From assembly GCA_015680685.1 (NCBI GenBank), contig MNCI01001867.1:53438-117437 (forward strand): DNA of 64,000 nt. The letters are read 5' to 3'. The stretch comes from Gnetum montanum (lineage: Eukaryota > Plantae > Gnetophyta). The notes under the pieces are model-generated. The model worked only from the letters and a program-made list of their open reading frames with translations, did no database searches and was not told the origin of the DNA. The position numbers were made by a program, and so were the translations under genes. Below are positions 25,167 through 37,969 of this stretch, piece after piece. Numbering within the stretch: position 1 is the first letter of the stretch; each line of letters opens with the position of its first letter.

Positions 25167-26500
25167 CGTAGTCAACAAAAGGTTAGTTTTCACAAAATTT
25201 GTTAAGTGTCAAGACTACCCTTGACCCCAATTAAGAGTGTAGTTAACCTATCATGAAGAGCATAGTCTATAAAAAATCCATTTTCCTCATAGGTCTCACC
25301 AACAATGAGACTACTCTCCCCCAACCTAGAATGTAGTTACCTTTTAGAAGAGCATAGTCAGTAAGGATAATCTCCAGCAACTTCCATAGCATAGCAATAA
25401 TGCTTAGCTCAACTCCAAAATGTAGTTAACTCATCTTTAACAAGCATAGTCAGCAAGATACTTCTTTTTTGTATTTCCTTTTGCCCCAAAATTATAACTA
25501 TTCTTGACCCCATGTGAGAGCATGGAGAGTGTAGTCCCACAAAGCATAGTCTCTAAGTATCATTTTTCATATACCTTGCAATCTACTCAGCACATACACA
25601 TGCGATTGTCAATGTAGTCACAATCTCATAGTCCCACAAAGTCTAGCAAAGAACAGCAAAGCATAACACCATTAGCCCCATCAGTACACTACATGAATAG
25701 TAACTATGCTGAGCATAGTCCCAACCATCCCATCTTTCACATGGTAGCCATTCCACATTTCCTGCTAACCCTAACCCTATAAATACCTACATCTTCAACT
25801 TAGTAAGGGTTGGACCTCACATATAATCAAAGGCATATTGTTGAACCAAACAAAGATGAAGTTGCAAACCACTGCAGACCCCTTATAGTCCAGCAAACCA
25901 CTGCATCCACTAGTACACCACTGTAGCCAACTCAGCAAACGCAAACACCTTAGTAGGACACTAGTCTTCATAGCCAAATACCTTGGGGACTGTAACTACA
26001 CTATCCACCTACACCTACTGTATACCACGTACCCTCTAAACTCCTCTTAGTGTTAACTATGCTCAACCCCATTTCGGTTGACACTCTACTTCATTCTCTT
26101 CATTTCTTTGTATTTTCTACACTCTATTTGCATTTTTTGCAATTTATACTACTTAGACATGCTTGAATTACACTCAAGTGATGGTCTCCATGCGTTGACA
26201 CCACCTGCCTCACTAAAACCCTTAACTATGGTCACCCCCCTTAGGCACCTATAACTATGCTTAACCCCACTAACACTATAAGTACCATAAACACCACCTA
26301 CACCCCTTAGCACCACCTTGCATTAGCACTATAGCTAACCATGCTACACCCCTATTACATCAGTGAGTCTCTGTTAGATTAGCCAAACCATTCAGGACAT
26401 CCTATCTTCACTTCCAATAAGCCCTCACACAAATTTGGGGCTAGGCTATGTGCCCATGGACCTTGGTGTGTTCCAACCATCAGTGTTTTTGATCATTATA
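25167..26500 (+). repeat. Element B 5' LTR (5'-truncated)
   Basis: Matches the 3' LTR from ~38220 onward. TATA in CTAACCCTAACCCTATAAATA at ~25765-25785. Confidence 0.88.
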
Positions 26501-26505
26501 GTTTC

Positions 26506-26522
26506 TGGCACTAGAAGGAGGG
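26506..26522 (+). promoter_or_regulatory. Primer-binding site, tRNA-Asn type
   Basis: TGGCACTAGAAGGAGGG, identical to the copy A PBS. Confidence 0.8.
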
Positions 26523-27242
26523 TTGACTCACTTTTTCAAACTATATTGTGATTGTCTCGCATGCTCTCTACATCAAAATTGCTAGCTTCAAGCCAACATA
26601 GACCATAACACCCTTGTGGACCTACTACATGCAAAGTAGTAGCTAGATCTTAGGCCAACGCAAGTGTTTTCTACTAACCTATTGGTGTAGATTAGACCCT
26701 ATAGTCAATCCCCCAAGGACCCCCACGTAACAAACCACATCACACTCATTCCCACTACCTACTAAAACCCATCATTTTTAGCTGGAGCATAGTCATCTCT
26801 AGCATAGCCAACATATTTCACTTTCCAATGTTGAGAGTGTAGTTAGCGTAGTCTACTCTTTGATGTGGAGAGCATAGTTAGTGTAGTTCGCTCTTCAATG
26901 TGGAGAGCATAGTCAGTGGAGTCAATGGTGTTAGCTGGGACAGGGTCAATTTTAGCATAGTCCATAGTGTTCCACAACCAATAGCTCCTACAGTCCCCTC
27001 TTACAACTTGATCTACATTCATGAACCCAGATCAACCTTCGTTGTTAGTCTCAAATGCACTTCATGTCTTGCCCATCCAATAAGAGACTAGGATTAATGC
27101 CCCTAGAAGTCTCGTAATGGCAGGACAAAGGCAATCCCTTAGGTTATGTGGTCAAGGCCCAGAATATGCCATGCTATGGAATGAGCAATACAACTTCATA
27201 TGCACGAAGATTTAAGTAGTGTTATTTTTAGACTATTCTAAC

Positions 27243-30200
27243 ATGGAAGAAAAATAAAACTACAAGCTAATCCATCAGGATGGATAAGAGTATATCCCCT
27301 TTTCATTCAATATCATCCCAATCACGAAACCCTACCATCAACTATTAGCCCAACTCATCTAAGCAAGTAAGTGCAACATAGGAACGGACTACAAGGAAGC
27401 CCTACAGGAGGAAAAGAATGAGTTCAAAGCTCACTCTGAGCATGAGGGCTTCTTCCACATTGTCTTCCAATGAGTGACCCCTAGATTGTTTCTTCCTTGG
27501 TATAGTTCACCCATTCTCTTCAAGATGGTTATAGCACCAACATCACCTTCCCACTCTACTAGGGCCTACGTCAATGCCTATAATAGCAACACATTAGACA
27601 CAACACACACATTATGACGTAGCAGCTCTGCTTGACTTGCCCTTCATGGCATCATCACAACCCACTCAACCATCTCTACCCATAGTAACCATATCAACTC
27701 AACCATATGCCCACAAAAGGTCCATCTCTAGGCCAAAAATGACTCAGGAACCCTATGTCCTACCTATTTCATTAGCATCACCAACATCAACCCAACCTAC
27801 ACGTGTGTTTCTTATCCCAATCATCATCCCTATACCATATCCAATGCATCAAGTGCATTGTGTGGTTTCACAACCTGCAACTAGGCCATGGACCACACAA
27901 CTAGTTCAACAGCATAGCTAGCTAGAGCATATTAAAGCTTAAACCAATCATTTCAGATGATGCAAAGCTTGACAAAAGAGGTGAAGTGATTCAAAGCCAC
28001 CTCTTCTGAAATTGTTAAAGTGGTGGTTTTCTACCAAGATGACCCTATAAGTCCTATAGTCCCACCTGAAACTCTTCCAGCTAGAATCTCACTACCTTGA
28101 TTAACCAATTACAATAGTGAGGAAGACCCCAATGCACATCTAGTCATGTTTAGGTTAGAGTACCTACTATTACAAGTAGGGTTGCATGCCATCATGCACA
28201 TGTTTGCCATGTCACTGACTAGCAAAGTATTTGATTAGTACTATACACTTCCCCAAGGCTCTATCTCCTCTTTGGAGGACCTCTTGAGCTAATTCATAAT
28301 GCACTTCAAATATAATTTGAACCCAAAGGCCACCTTAAACCAGCTAATGCAAGTTAAGTAGGGCTACCTAAAGCCCATGCAAAAGTTCATTCAACACTGG
28401 AGTGCTTTGCTAAATGAAATACAAGAGCTGATAGCTGAAGCACATCTCCTAGCCATTTTCAAGGGCATAGTCAATGACTTTATAAGTGAAAACTATATGA
28501 CCTAGGTTTGCAATCCCTAAGCCAAGCCTTCACTGAAACCAAAAGCATAGAAGATGTAGTAAAAGCTAGTAAGAACCAGGCCTATGTGGCCTACAAGGAC
28601 TAGCATGTAAGGAGAGACAAAGACAAGGGAAAGCATAATGCAATGGTGGCAACTATAGCCAAAGAAGCCAAAACCAAGGGTAGATGGCTAGGTAGCCCAA
28701 AGCCTCAACTAACAACAAAGCTACCAACTCTAGTGCTAAGGCAATCAACTAGCTTACATCTTCAATGGCCATAGCGCAAGTTGTTCAAATGCCCAACTTT
28801 GAGTGCAAGATCACTCTAAGTATACCATGTTCCCACTAAAGCCTTCAAAGCTGCTAAACCAACTACTAAAAGTTGAATGCATCCAATATAAACAAATGTC
28901 CAAAGATGTCCACAAAAAAACATGATAGATACTACAAGCTACTAAGAAATCCAACTTCAGCAGCACCAAACAAGCTCCTGATCCTAAGACATTTTAGGCT
29001 AGACTGATTTTGCCATTACCACTAGTTGCTTGACCATAGCATGGACTTTTGCCTAGCCTTGCAAGATGACCTACAAAGGATGATTGATAGAGGTGAGATA
29101 GTACTTGACATTGTAAACTAAATTAGTTGTCAAAACCAGTCCATGGGGGTGTACAATGACCTTCTAAACATGGATGATGCTGACTATGTCATAAATGCTA
29201 TCAGCATTGATGATGATCTAGAACTAATGTAGTAGTCATTCGTGGTTCGAGTATCCTCTAGTAGTGCAAGGCCTCCCTCAACCCCCATGAGTTTGAGGCC
29301 TTCTTTTGTTATTAGAGCACCACCTCAAGCATCGACAACACCCTTCAGAGTTAGGGTCCCTCAGCAAGCTACATCAACAACAACCATTAGTTTCCCTTCA
29401 TCATCAGAGTGCCACAGCATGCTAGCCTCTCATCTATCCAAAGCCCAATAGTAGCCAACACATCGATCCCTTCCTTTCCAAGGGACAACCTTACTAGCAA
29501 CATTAGTAGGTCCCTGAGGTGGTAACACAAGAGACCCAATGAGCATCTTGCAAACAAAATGATTAGACAACATTGAGACCAAAGAGTGCTAGGTCCACCA
29601 AAACTAGTTCCTGTATCTGTGGTTCCTATGGCCAAAACAACTAAAGAGGCCACAATAAGCAAATCACAAGAGAGCACTATGGCCCCTAAGTAAGCCAAGC
29701 AAATAAAGCTTAAGTTGCCTCCATGAGAAATCTGTCTCTTGGACCACATGGAAGAAGTCAAGGTTAACAAAAACATGGCTAATGGTAAGGACTTCATGGA
29801 CACATTAGCCCAAGTCAAATAAGTGCTTAAATAGAAAAATACAACATTAAGCTTATATGACCTGATCATGACCTCATCTACCCAATGTGAAGCACTGGTG
29901 TAGCTGTTGACCTCCATCCCTATTACAAAGGACATCCCTATAGATGAGACCTTCATCCATGCAATGATGCTACCCCTTACACCACAAGAATCAAGTTCCA
30001 TGTTCTTAGCATTTCACAATGAAGTAATCAAGGTTAATCCTGAGAGGGGTGAAGTCATAACGACTCCTATGTTTATTACTATAGGCATTGGGCAATGCAA
30101 AATTCGTAGAGTGCACATCGATGATGGAGCAACAACAAACGTAATACCATACACTGTCATGGATAAGCTAGACTTCATGGATCAAATTAGGCCAACAAAA

Positions 30201-30710
30201 ATCACATGCTTGAAATCCTTCAATGGGCCATGTATCATTGTTAGGGGCACTATTACTATAGCTTTTGTAGCAAGAGAGTAATTCCTCACCATTTCCAAGT
30301 TCATTATCCTAGAAGAGATGCCAAGCTTTAACTTGATATTGGGCAAACCTTGGCTAGCCCAATTATGAGCCATCTCCTCTCCAACTCATCAAGAGATCCA
30401 CCTCCCATACAAAGGTGATGAAGTTATCATCCCTAGTGATAACGATGCCCCCTTAGCGATCAACAACATAGACATGGAGCAAGGGTTGGAGATTGAGTTT
30501 CCTAATGACACCTCTATAGTAAAGAATGAGACTCACGAAGTAGATGTAACTAAAAGAGTAGTAGAAGTCAATAACCTCCTAAAGGATTACCTTTGGGTAG
30601 AATTGACCTTTGAAATAGTAAGAAAAGGTCAAGGGGATTACTAGATAGTATAATCCAGACCCTATGTACCTCCTAACCCACACCAAGTTAGGAAGCAACT
30701 ACATGACTAA
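27243..30710 (+). pseudogene. Element B gag-protease remnant
   Basis: Gag YNSEEDPNAHLV...FAMSLTSK at ~28110-28230, knuckle-like CHYH....H...FC at ~29010-29052, protease IDDGATTNVIPY (ORF 29907-30281) and FNLILGKPWL. A TAA at 30708-30710 is shared with copy A. Confidence 0.86.
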
Positions 30711-32952
30711 GGTATCCCCTTAGTCCAAAAAGCACTAGGTGCTTACTTGCTATTCGCTTCTACGCACCCTACCTTTTACTTTATGCTTATGTTGCATTTG
30801 TTTCCCATGAAATTAGCATTGTAGTATGTTATTTGCATTTAGCATGATTACTCAGATTATGCATCAATTTGCTTAGTTTATGCATTTACCTACTTTGTTT
30901 ACACATTCATCTACTTTGTCTATGCATTTGCTCAATTAGTTTACACTTCCGTATTTATTACTTTAATGCATGAAAAACATCAAGAATCCATAAAAATCAT
31001 AAAAGCAAAAAAATAACAAAAAAAGAGAGATAGCAATATGTGGCCTGGAATGGCCTAAAACTATCGCTTTTAATTCCATCACCAACAGCCTGGAATCGCC
31101 TTAAAATATCGCCAATATGTGGCTTGAAATGACCTTAAACTACCACCTTGACCCACTATGGCCTTAGACTGGTAATGCATAGCCTGAAATGGCCACAAAC
31201 TAGCAATGGCCCACTATGACCTTAAAGTAGCATGAAGCCTATCAAGACTCTAAACTAACATGGCTCACAATGGCCCAATATTAATATCATTTCATAACTC
31301 TAGACTAGCATAATGCATCTTTTTCATATTAATTCATCGCTTAGGCACATTAGCATACGTCACATTATAAGCAAATGCAATAAAATCATCATATAGCAAT
31401 AAAACTTTGTGCATTATACTTAGCAAATAGTCATACACAACAAAATGTGGCATGAATAGCAACACATAGCCACAACATAGTATGAGTAGCATCACATAGC
31501 AAAAATATAACAAAAAACCCATATGGGATATACATCTAATCATGCTTAGCCAATAGCACTAGGTGGAGGTGGAGGTTCTGCTTCCTCTACCAAGTTGTTG
31601 GGGCCTTCAGCATCATCTCATACCTACCATAATTTAAAAACAAATATACATAATTAGTAAGTCATATGTTACATGTAGCAAGCTAATTCAAAAATACAAA
31701 AAGCATAAAAAAAGCATAAACTAATGTGTCAAAAAACTAACTCAAGAGGGTCCTGCATCAATGAGCTTTGGAGGTAACTTTCCAAGGCTAGCCTCTAAGT
31801 GATGGAGGATCTTGGCTTCGGAAACTTTCATCCAATCTTCCTAGCCAAAGTTAATACCTGTAAGGGTCTTACCTTTGTCCATGGTGGCTCCATAAAAAAT
31901 GTAGTAGAAGAGGCCCCTTTGAAGGGGATGATGATTTGCTTCACTGGAGAGTCACTCATGATCGTATGCTGTGCAAACATGTCATATGCCTACTTCTCAT
32001 CAATTGCCTCAAGAAACATCTCAAGGTGGCAGTGCCCAAGGCACAAGCCACAGCAACCCTAGCATGGGTAGAAAACACTAGGCATACACCTAAGACCCTA
32101 AAGCATAGTCTTGGGGGGTTGAAACCCTCACGCACCATAGGGGGTAGCAGCCACAACAAGGTAGAAACAACGAATAACAGAGTTCCCTGTGATGGCTACC
32201 ATAGTTCATGAAACCCCAAATTGCACCAATTATGTCAATGGTCCTATGCTTGCAACCCCTAGAGCATAGTTTGCAGGGCTATCCTTGTGAAATCAATTGA
32301 AAATCAAACCCAATAAGAGGGAGAGAAGGGGCACAGAGGTATATCTCCACCTTGCCCCTCATCGTATCAAGCCCTCAATGACATTTGTCAACCCTAGGTG
32401 AAGGTGTGTACTACGATGCATCATCTCTCCATTGGCAACTACACTCTCCAGTGGTAGTAATGGCAAAAGGAAACAGCAAGACTATGCTCTCCACATTGCA
32501 GTAAAGGCAAAAATAATGAAGTTACCATGGTAAAACCACAGTTATATACTCTCTCGGGGTCATTTAATGATCCACCAACCTGGGACTATGCTCACCACCA
32601 AGCATCCTACTAGCAAGCATGGAGAGTGTAGTTAGGTGAGAGCATAGTTAACCATCTTAAGACCAAAACCATGATTTTTTTTTACTATCCTACAAATGCA
32701 CAAGTTAACTCCACTCCCAAGCATAACTAGCCCTCCCCGGAACAAAATGCTTGGCACATACACAGTTTGCCAAGGCTTAAAAATGGCACACATATGGCCT
32801 ACCGAGGCCTAAAACTAGCACAAACATGTTTACATCCCATAGTAACTTGCATGCATGCTTAAGAAAATTTCATTAGATTGCTTTTTCCTATTCATGCATA
32901 TTAACTTTGTCAAAACATGTGCCACTTGACATTTTTCTAGTTTATTTTGTAG
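30687..32952 (+). other. Putative GT-AG intron between protease and RT (Ogre-like), 2266 bp
   Basis: Donor CAA|GTTAGG (CAG|GTTAGG in copy A). Branch-like CTTGAC (CTTAAC in A). Acceptor TTTATTTTGTAG|GAG. Coding homology stops and resumes at the same points in both copies. Confidence 0.6.
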
Positions 32953-35900
32953 GAGCTCGACATGGGTATGCAAGAGTAGATCTCCTTGCCTTTGTTCTCA
33001 CGAGGCCTTATGGCAACATTGAGTGATGCATTAACCCTCATTGCCTAGAGCTCGAGCCTATAGCCTACAATGAGTACATAGCATCCATAGAAGCACCACT
33101 AGACTAGCCTGACCATCTAGTTAAGGCCCTTGACCTAGAGGCAAGGGACATCATAGAGGATCCTGTTGTTGAGATCCCTATGGCAACACACAATGGTGAG
33201 ATGACAATGCTAAAACTAAGCTTCTTGCTATAATGCCACCATGCTCAAGACATCGCTAAAGTACTTAACAATAACATCAAAGCATTTGCATGGTCATATG
33301 AGGACATGCTAGGCCTAGATCCCTGGCTAGTCTAGCATAACATCATCCTTGATTCCTGCATCAAACTAGTTAAGCAGAAAGTATGCAACATTAAACCTAA
33401 AGTGGCATTGGTAGTCTATGACAAGATCACCAAGCTTTATAGAGTTGGTTTCATCTAGGTTGTTAACTATGCAAACTAGGTCTTCAACATCGTAGTTGTG
33501 CCTAAGAAAAATAAAAGTATATGCATTTGCATAAACTTCTAGGACCTAAATAAGGCAACCATCAAAGATGACTTTCCACTGCCCAATATTGATCAACTAA
33601 TCAATACCATCACCAAACATGCCTCGTTGTCCTTCATGGATGGGTTCTTGAGCTACAACAAATTAAGATCAACCCTAAGCACCAACTTAGTAAAACCTTC
33701 ATGACCCCCTGGGGTATGTTTTGCTACATAATGATGCCTTTTGGACTAAAGAATGTAGGAGCAACATACCAACAAGCAATGACATATATCTTTAGCAACT
33801 ACATGCTTAGTTTGCTTAATGACTACGTAGATGATATTGTGGTTAAGTCCAAAGTGGCCCACAACCATGCAAATGGCTTAGACTTAGTGCTTAAATGCTG
33901 CCTAAAACATGAGCTTAGGTTAAATCCCAAGAAGTGTGTTTTTAGCGTCAAAACGGGTAGGATGCTTGGCTTTTTACTATTTGAAGTAGGTATATGCATA
34001 GATCCCGATAAGGTTAAGCCCATAACCAACTTAGCACCATCGGCTAACCTTAAGGAGCTATAAGGGTTGTAAGGTAGAATACAATTCATATGTAGGTTTA
34101 TCACCTGGTTAACCAACAAGCTACAACCAATGCAACATTTTCTCAAGAAATGAGCCCACTTCAAGTAGACCACTTCGTGCCAACAAGCGTTCAACAACAT
34201 TAACCAAGAGCTAGCACAACTACCTAGAATTCACCCTCCACAAGAAGATAAGCCTTTTTACATCTACCTTGCCACTTTTAACACATTTATCACTTCTCTA
34301 CTTTGCCAAAAGTGAGATGATGGTGTAGAGGTCTCAATCTACTACCTAAGCCATGCCTTAGTAGTCCATGAAATGAGATACAATGACATGGAGAAGTATT
34401 GTCTTGCCCTAGTGTTCTCACTAAAGAAGTGAAGGCATTACCTCTTTTGTAGCTAGGTTAACATCATTTACAAGAACAACATACTTCAAGCTATAAAAAT
34501 GAATATCTGCAAAAGTAGTTGCATTGCACAATGGAAAGAAATAACAGTGGAATTTGACCTACATTATGTCATACAAGCCTCAATGAAAGGTCAAGCAATA
34601 GTCGCACAACTCACAATTTCACCAATAGATGATCAAGCTACCATAGACCCTGAGTTCCCAAATGAGCATGTTAGCAGTATTAGCCAAGTGCCTAATAACT
34701 ATAAGCCATTCCTGCATTTCAATGGAGCTTCAACATCCTAAGGGGGTAGCACCGCTCCTATTATCACATTTCCCTCTAGGGAGATTCGACCCTTAGCATA
34801 TCGTTTCACATTTTCTTGCACCAACAACATGGTGGAGTACGAAGGTCTTTTCTAAGGCATCCTTGCAACACACGACCAAGGGATCCAACACATAGTGATT
34901 CGAGGTGATTCATAATTAGTGGTCAATTAGGTAATAGAGGTTTATGCCTATAAAGCATAACATTTATAGCCATATTGCAACCTAGAAACACACTTGCTCC
35001 AACACTTTGTAGTTGCTGATGTCCAACATCTTCCCTAAAGTGAAAATGCCATTGTTGATGCACTTACAACATTAGGCCTTAGCATTGCACCTAGCATGGT
35101 CAATGCATTGTCCACCTCAATGGTGGATTGCATTGCACCTATCATGCAAACCATTGAAGATGCATCCATAGCCACAGTTAGCACCACCCATGCAAAAGAG
35201 TGGCACAATGACATCAAGACGTACCTTCTACAAGGTGAGTCTTCGTAACACTTAACTACTATTCAAAAGGATGTAGCGTGCAAATGTTCACAGCAGTAAG
35301 TCATCACAGGTGATAACACATTATGTCGTAGATCCCACGATGGCATACTACTAACATGCATAAGCAAAAATAATCATTGAGCAAGTCCACGAAGGGCTAT
35401 GCAGAGGTCACATAACACCTAGGGCAATGGTAGCAAAAATCATACGACTAAGCTACTTTTGGCCTTACATGGAGAGCAATTAAATTTGGAAAGTTAAAAC
35501 ATGTGACACTTGTCAGTGGCATGACAACTTAATGCATGTGCTACCAACTAGATTGCATACAATGCAAATCATGTGGCCATTCCAACACTGGGACCTAGAC
35601 ATCATTGGATCCATAACACCTAAGTCCTCCATAAGGCATACCTTCATAATAACTACAATAGAATATTTCACCAAGTGGGTTAAAGCTATTTCCCCTAGGA
35701 GGACAACATCACAACAGGATTGCAAGTTCATGTTGGATAACATAGTGACTTGTTTCAACTTTCCCATGACCATAGTGACAAACAATGGACCGTAGTTTAG
35801 TAGCATTGAAACCAAAGCCTTTTGTGAGCACTTTGGCATCAAACACTCCTTTTCATCACCATACTACCCTCAGGCAGATGGCCAAGTGGAGGCTGCTACT

Positions 35901-36434
35901 AACAAGGTCATCGTCAACCTCCTCAAGAAGATGCTAAGGAATAGCAACCAACAATGGCATGAGCAACTAGTCTACACACTTTGGGCCTACCACACAACAT
36001 GTTGAAAAATAATAGGTATGATGCCTTATAGCCTCATCTATGGATTTGAAGCAGTTTTGCCACTTGAAGTACAGGTTCCATCGCTCTAGGTAATCCTCTT
36101 AAACTTCATCAATGAAAGTCAAAACAACAAGTTAAGAATTGTAAACCTTAACGCAATAGAGAAAGAGTGCATGCATACTCTTGATCGCATTGAATGTCAT
36201 CAAGAAAGGCAACAACACAAGCATCGTCACAACCAGCATCAATGCTCAATCAAAAAAGGGGACCTAGTCCTCAAGGCTATTTGCGAACTTGTGAATAAAA
36301 TCTCAGCCAACTTGGAAGGGCCTTTTTTGGTCACTAAAGCCTATTACAATAGAGCATTCAAGTTTGCTGATTAAGACAGAAATGAGTTTGCCAATCTGGT
36401 GAACCATTCACACTTGAAGTTGTACTATATCTAG
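32953..36434 (+). pseudogene. Element B RT-RH-aRH-integrase remnant
   Basis: RT MPFGLKNVGATYQ/YVDDIVVKS (33701-34063). aRH LHFNGAS...TNNMVEYEGL...IRGDS.LVVN at ~34710-34930. INT HHCC zinc finger and WPFQHWDLDIIG...EYFTKWV (35532-35795). GPF motif, ending LKLYYI*. Confidence 0.93.
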
Positions 36435-36454
36435 CATGCAACATCACATGTCAA

Positions 36455-36825
36455 TGAAGCAAGATAAGCATTTTTCTGCTATGATGTTAAACTGGCATAG
36501 CTCATCCACTATGACATTAAACTAGCATAAAGGTCTGCTATGACTATAAATTAGCATAGGTCATCCTTGGGTCATGACGTTAAATTGGCACAATGCTTCT
36601 ACTAAGACTATAAACTGGTAGTCCACCATGACTTTAAACTAGTAGTCTACCATGACTCTAAAGTGGCACAACACATCCACTAAGATGTTAAACTAGTAGA
36701 GAGCAGTTTGCTAGGACTGTAAACTAGCATAACATGGTCTATCATGACCTTAAACTGGGCCCAACAGTTCATTAGGACCTTAAACTAGTAAAGCCATGGT
36801 TTACCAAGACCTTAAATTAGGTTTG
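36455..36825 (+). repeat. Tandem ~25-40-bp repeats in the pol-3'LTR region of element B
   Basis: About 12 degenerate copies of CCAYTATGACYTTAAACTRGYA. Confidence 0.8.
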
Positions 36826-37969
36826 TGGTTAGTTGTTAATAACTTTTTTCATCCTTCTGCAAGCAAGCATACTACAATGCTCCTTCTACACTAAGTGAGT
36901 GAGCACACTATAGCTCTAGAATAAAGCACTTGCAATCTATGCAACCTGTGTTACTGATGTGGCCTTCTACATTCTATCATCTGCAATCTATTTACATTTA
37001 TGTCTTGTGTGGTTTTCTTGTATTCTCAGAGCTGTGTTTGCAAGACAAATCCCTAGGCAGTCGTGTAAAGGTGCATCTCATCATAGCAACAAGTCATCAC
37101 ATCACTCAAATGTGCATGATTGGGCTAGCTAAACCTCTCAAGAGTGCATATCCCCATTATCCCATTATAGCCAACTCACATCTACTCCTATATCTCGATA
37201 CCATTTTATTCCCCACATAGCACATATTGCAAATCTTTTTGACACACATGTGATGTGACTACATGGCACCCTCTTCAAGTCAAGCTTCAAAGTCCAAGGT
37301 GGACATAACATAAGTTGTCATAAGTTGTCCTATGGGGAGCCTCTATCGACCAACCAAAGTCCAGGTGGATGTAACATAAGTCATCTTGGGGAGAAAACAC
37401 CTGTCGTATAGATGTGATGAAGTTTTGCCAATAACAAAGTAAAGCCCATCTAATGACATGTAACTCACTTGATGGGAAGCACTTCATAGCACACATTTAG
37501 TAATGTCTAGTTCCCAAAGAAGGTTCACCTCACAAAAAAAAAAGTTTTGGGGGGGGGGGGGTGGCAAAAAGCATGTCACCAAGCAATCTAGTAGCAAAGT
37601 AGTTTCGTAGCTGGCCCAGCCTTGAACCTATACCTTGACTCTCTTACAAGCACTTTGATGAGAGGTCAACATTTTTAAAGGCAAGCCACTCTAGTGTCAT
37701 GGTCACCATTAGCCATGATGTTCTCACATCATAATATCCCATTTATACCTTATCCTCCCTTTTATTCCTAGCACATCACCTGCACCTTTTACTCCCACTT
37801 CTCACCTACCATCTAGCATACCACTATCCACAACACTCTTAAGCATGGTGCAGCAACATCTAATCATGCATTGAGCAGCGATGTTGGTGCCAAGTCTGCT
37901 GTGGTGTTTTGCTATTCTTTGTCAATGTCTCTTAGGTCACTCCTCTAGACATCAACAAAGAGGGGCCAA

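Noticed and set aside
29387-30001. 204-aa minus-strand ORF and other antisense ORFs within gag/pol regions (e.g. 33823-34200, 35513-35842)
   Set aside because: Shadow frames of retrotransposon coding sequence.
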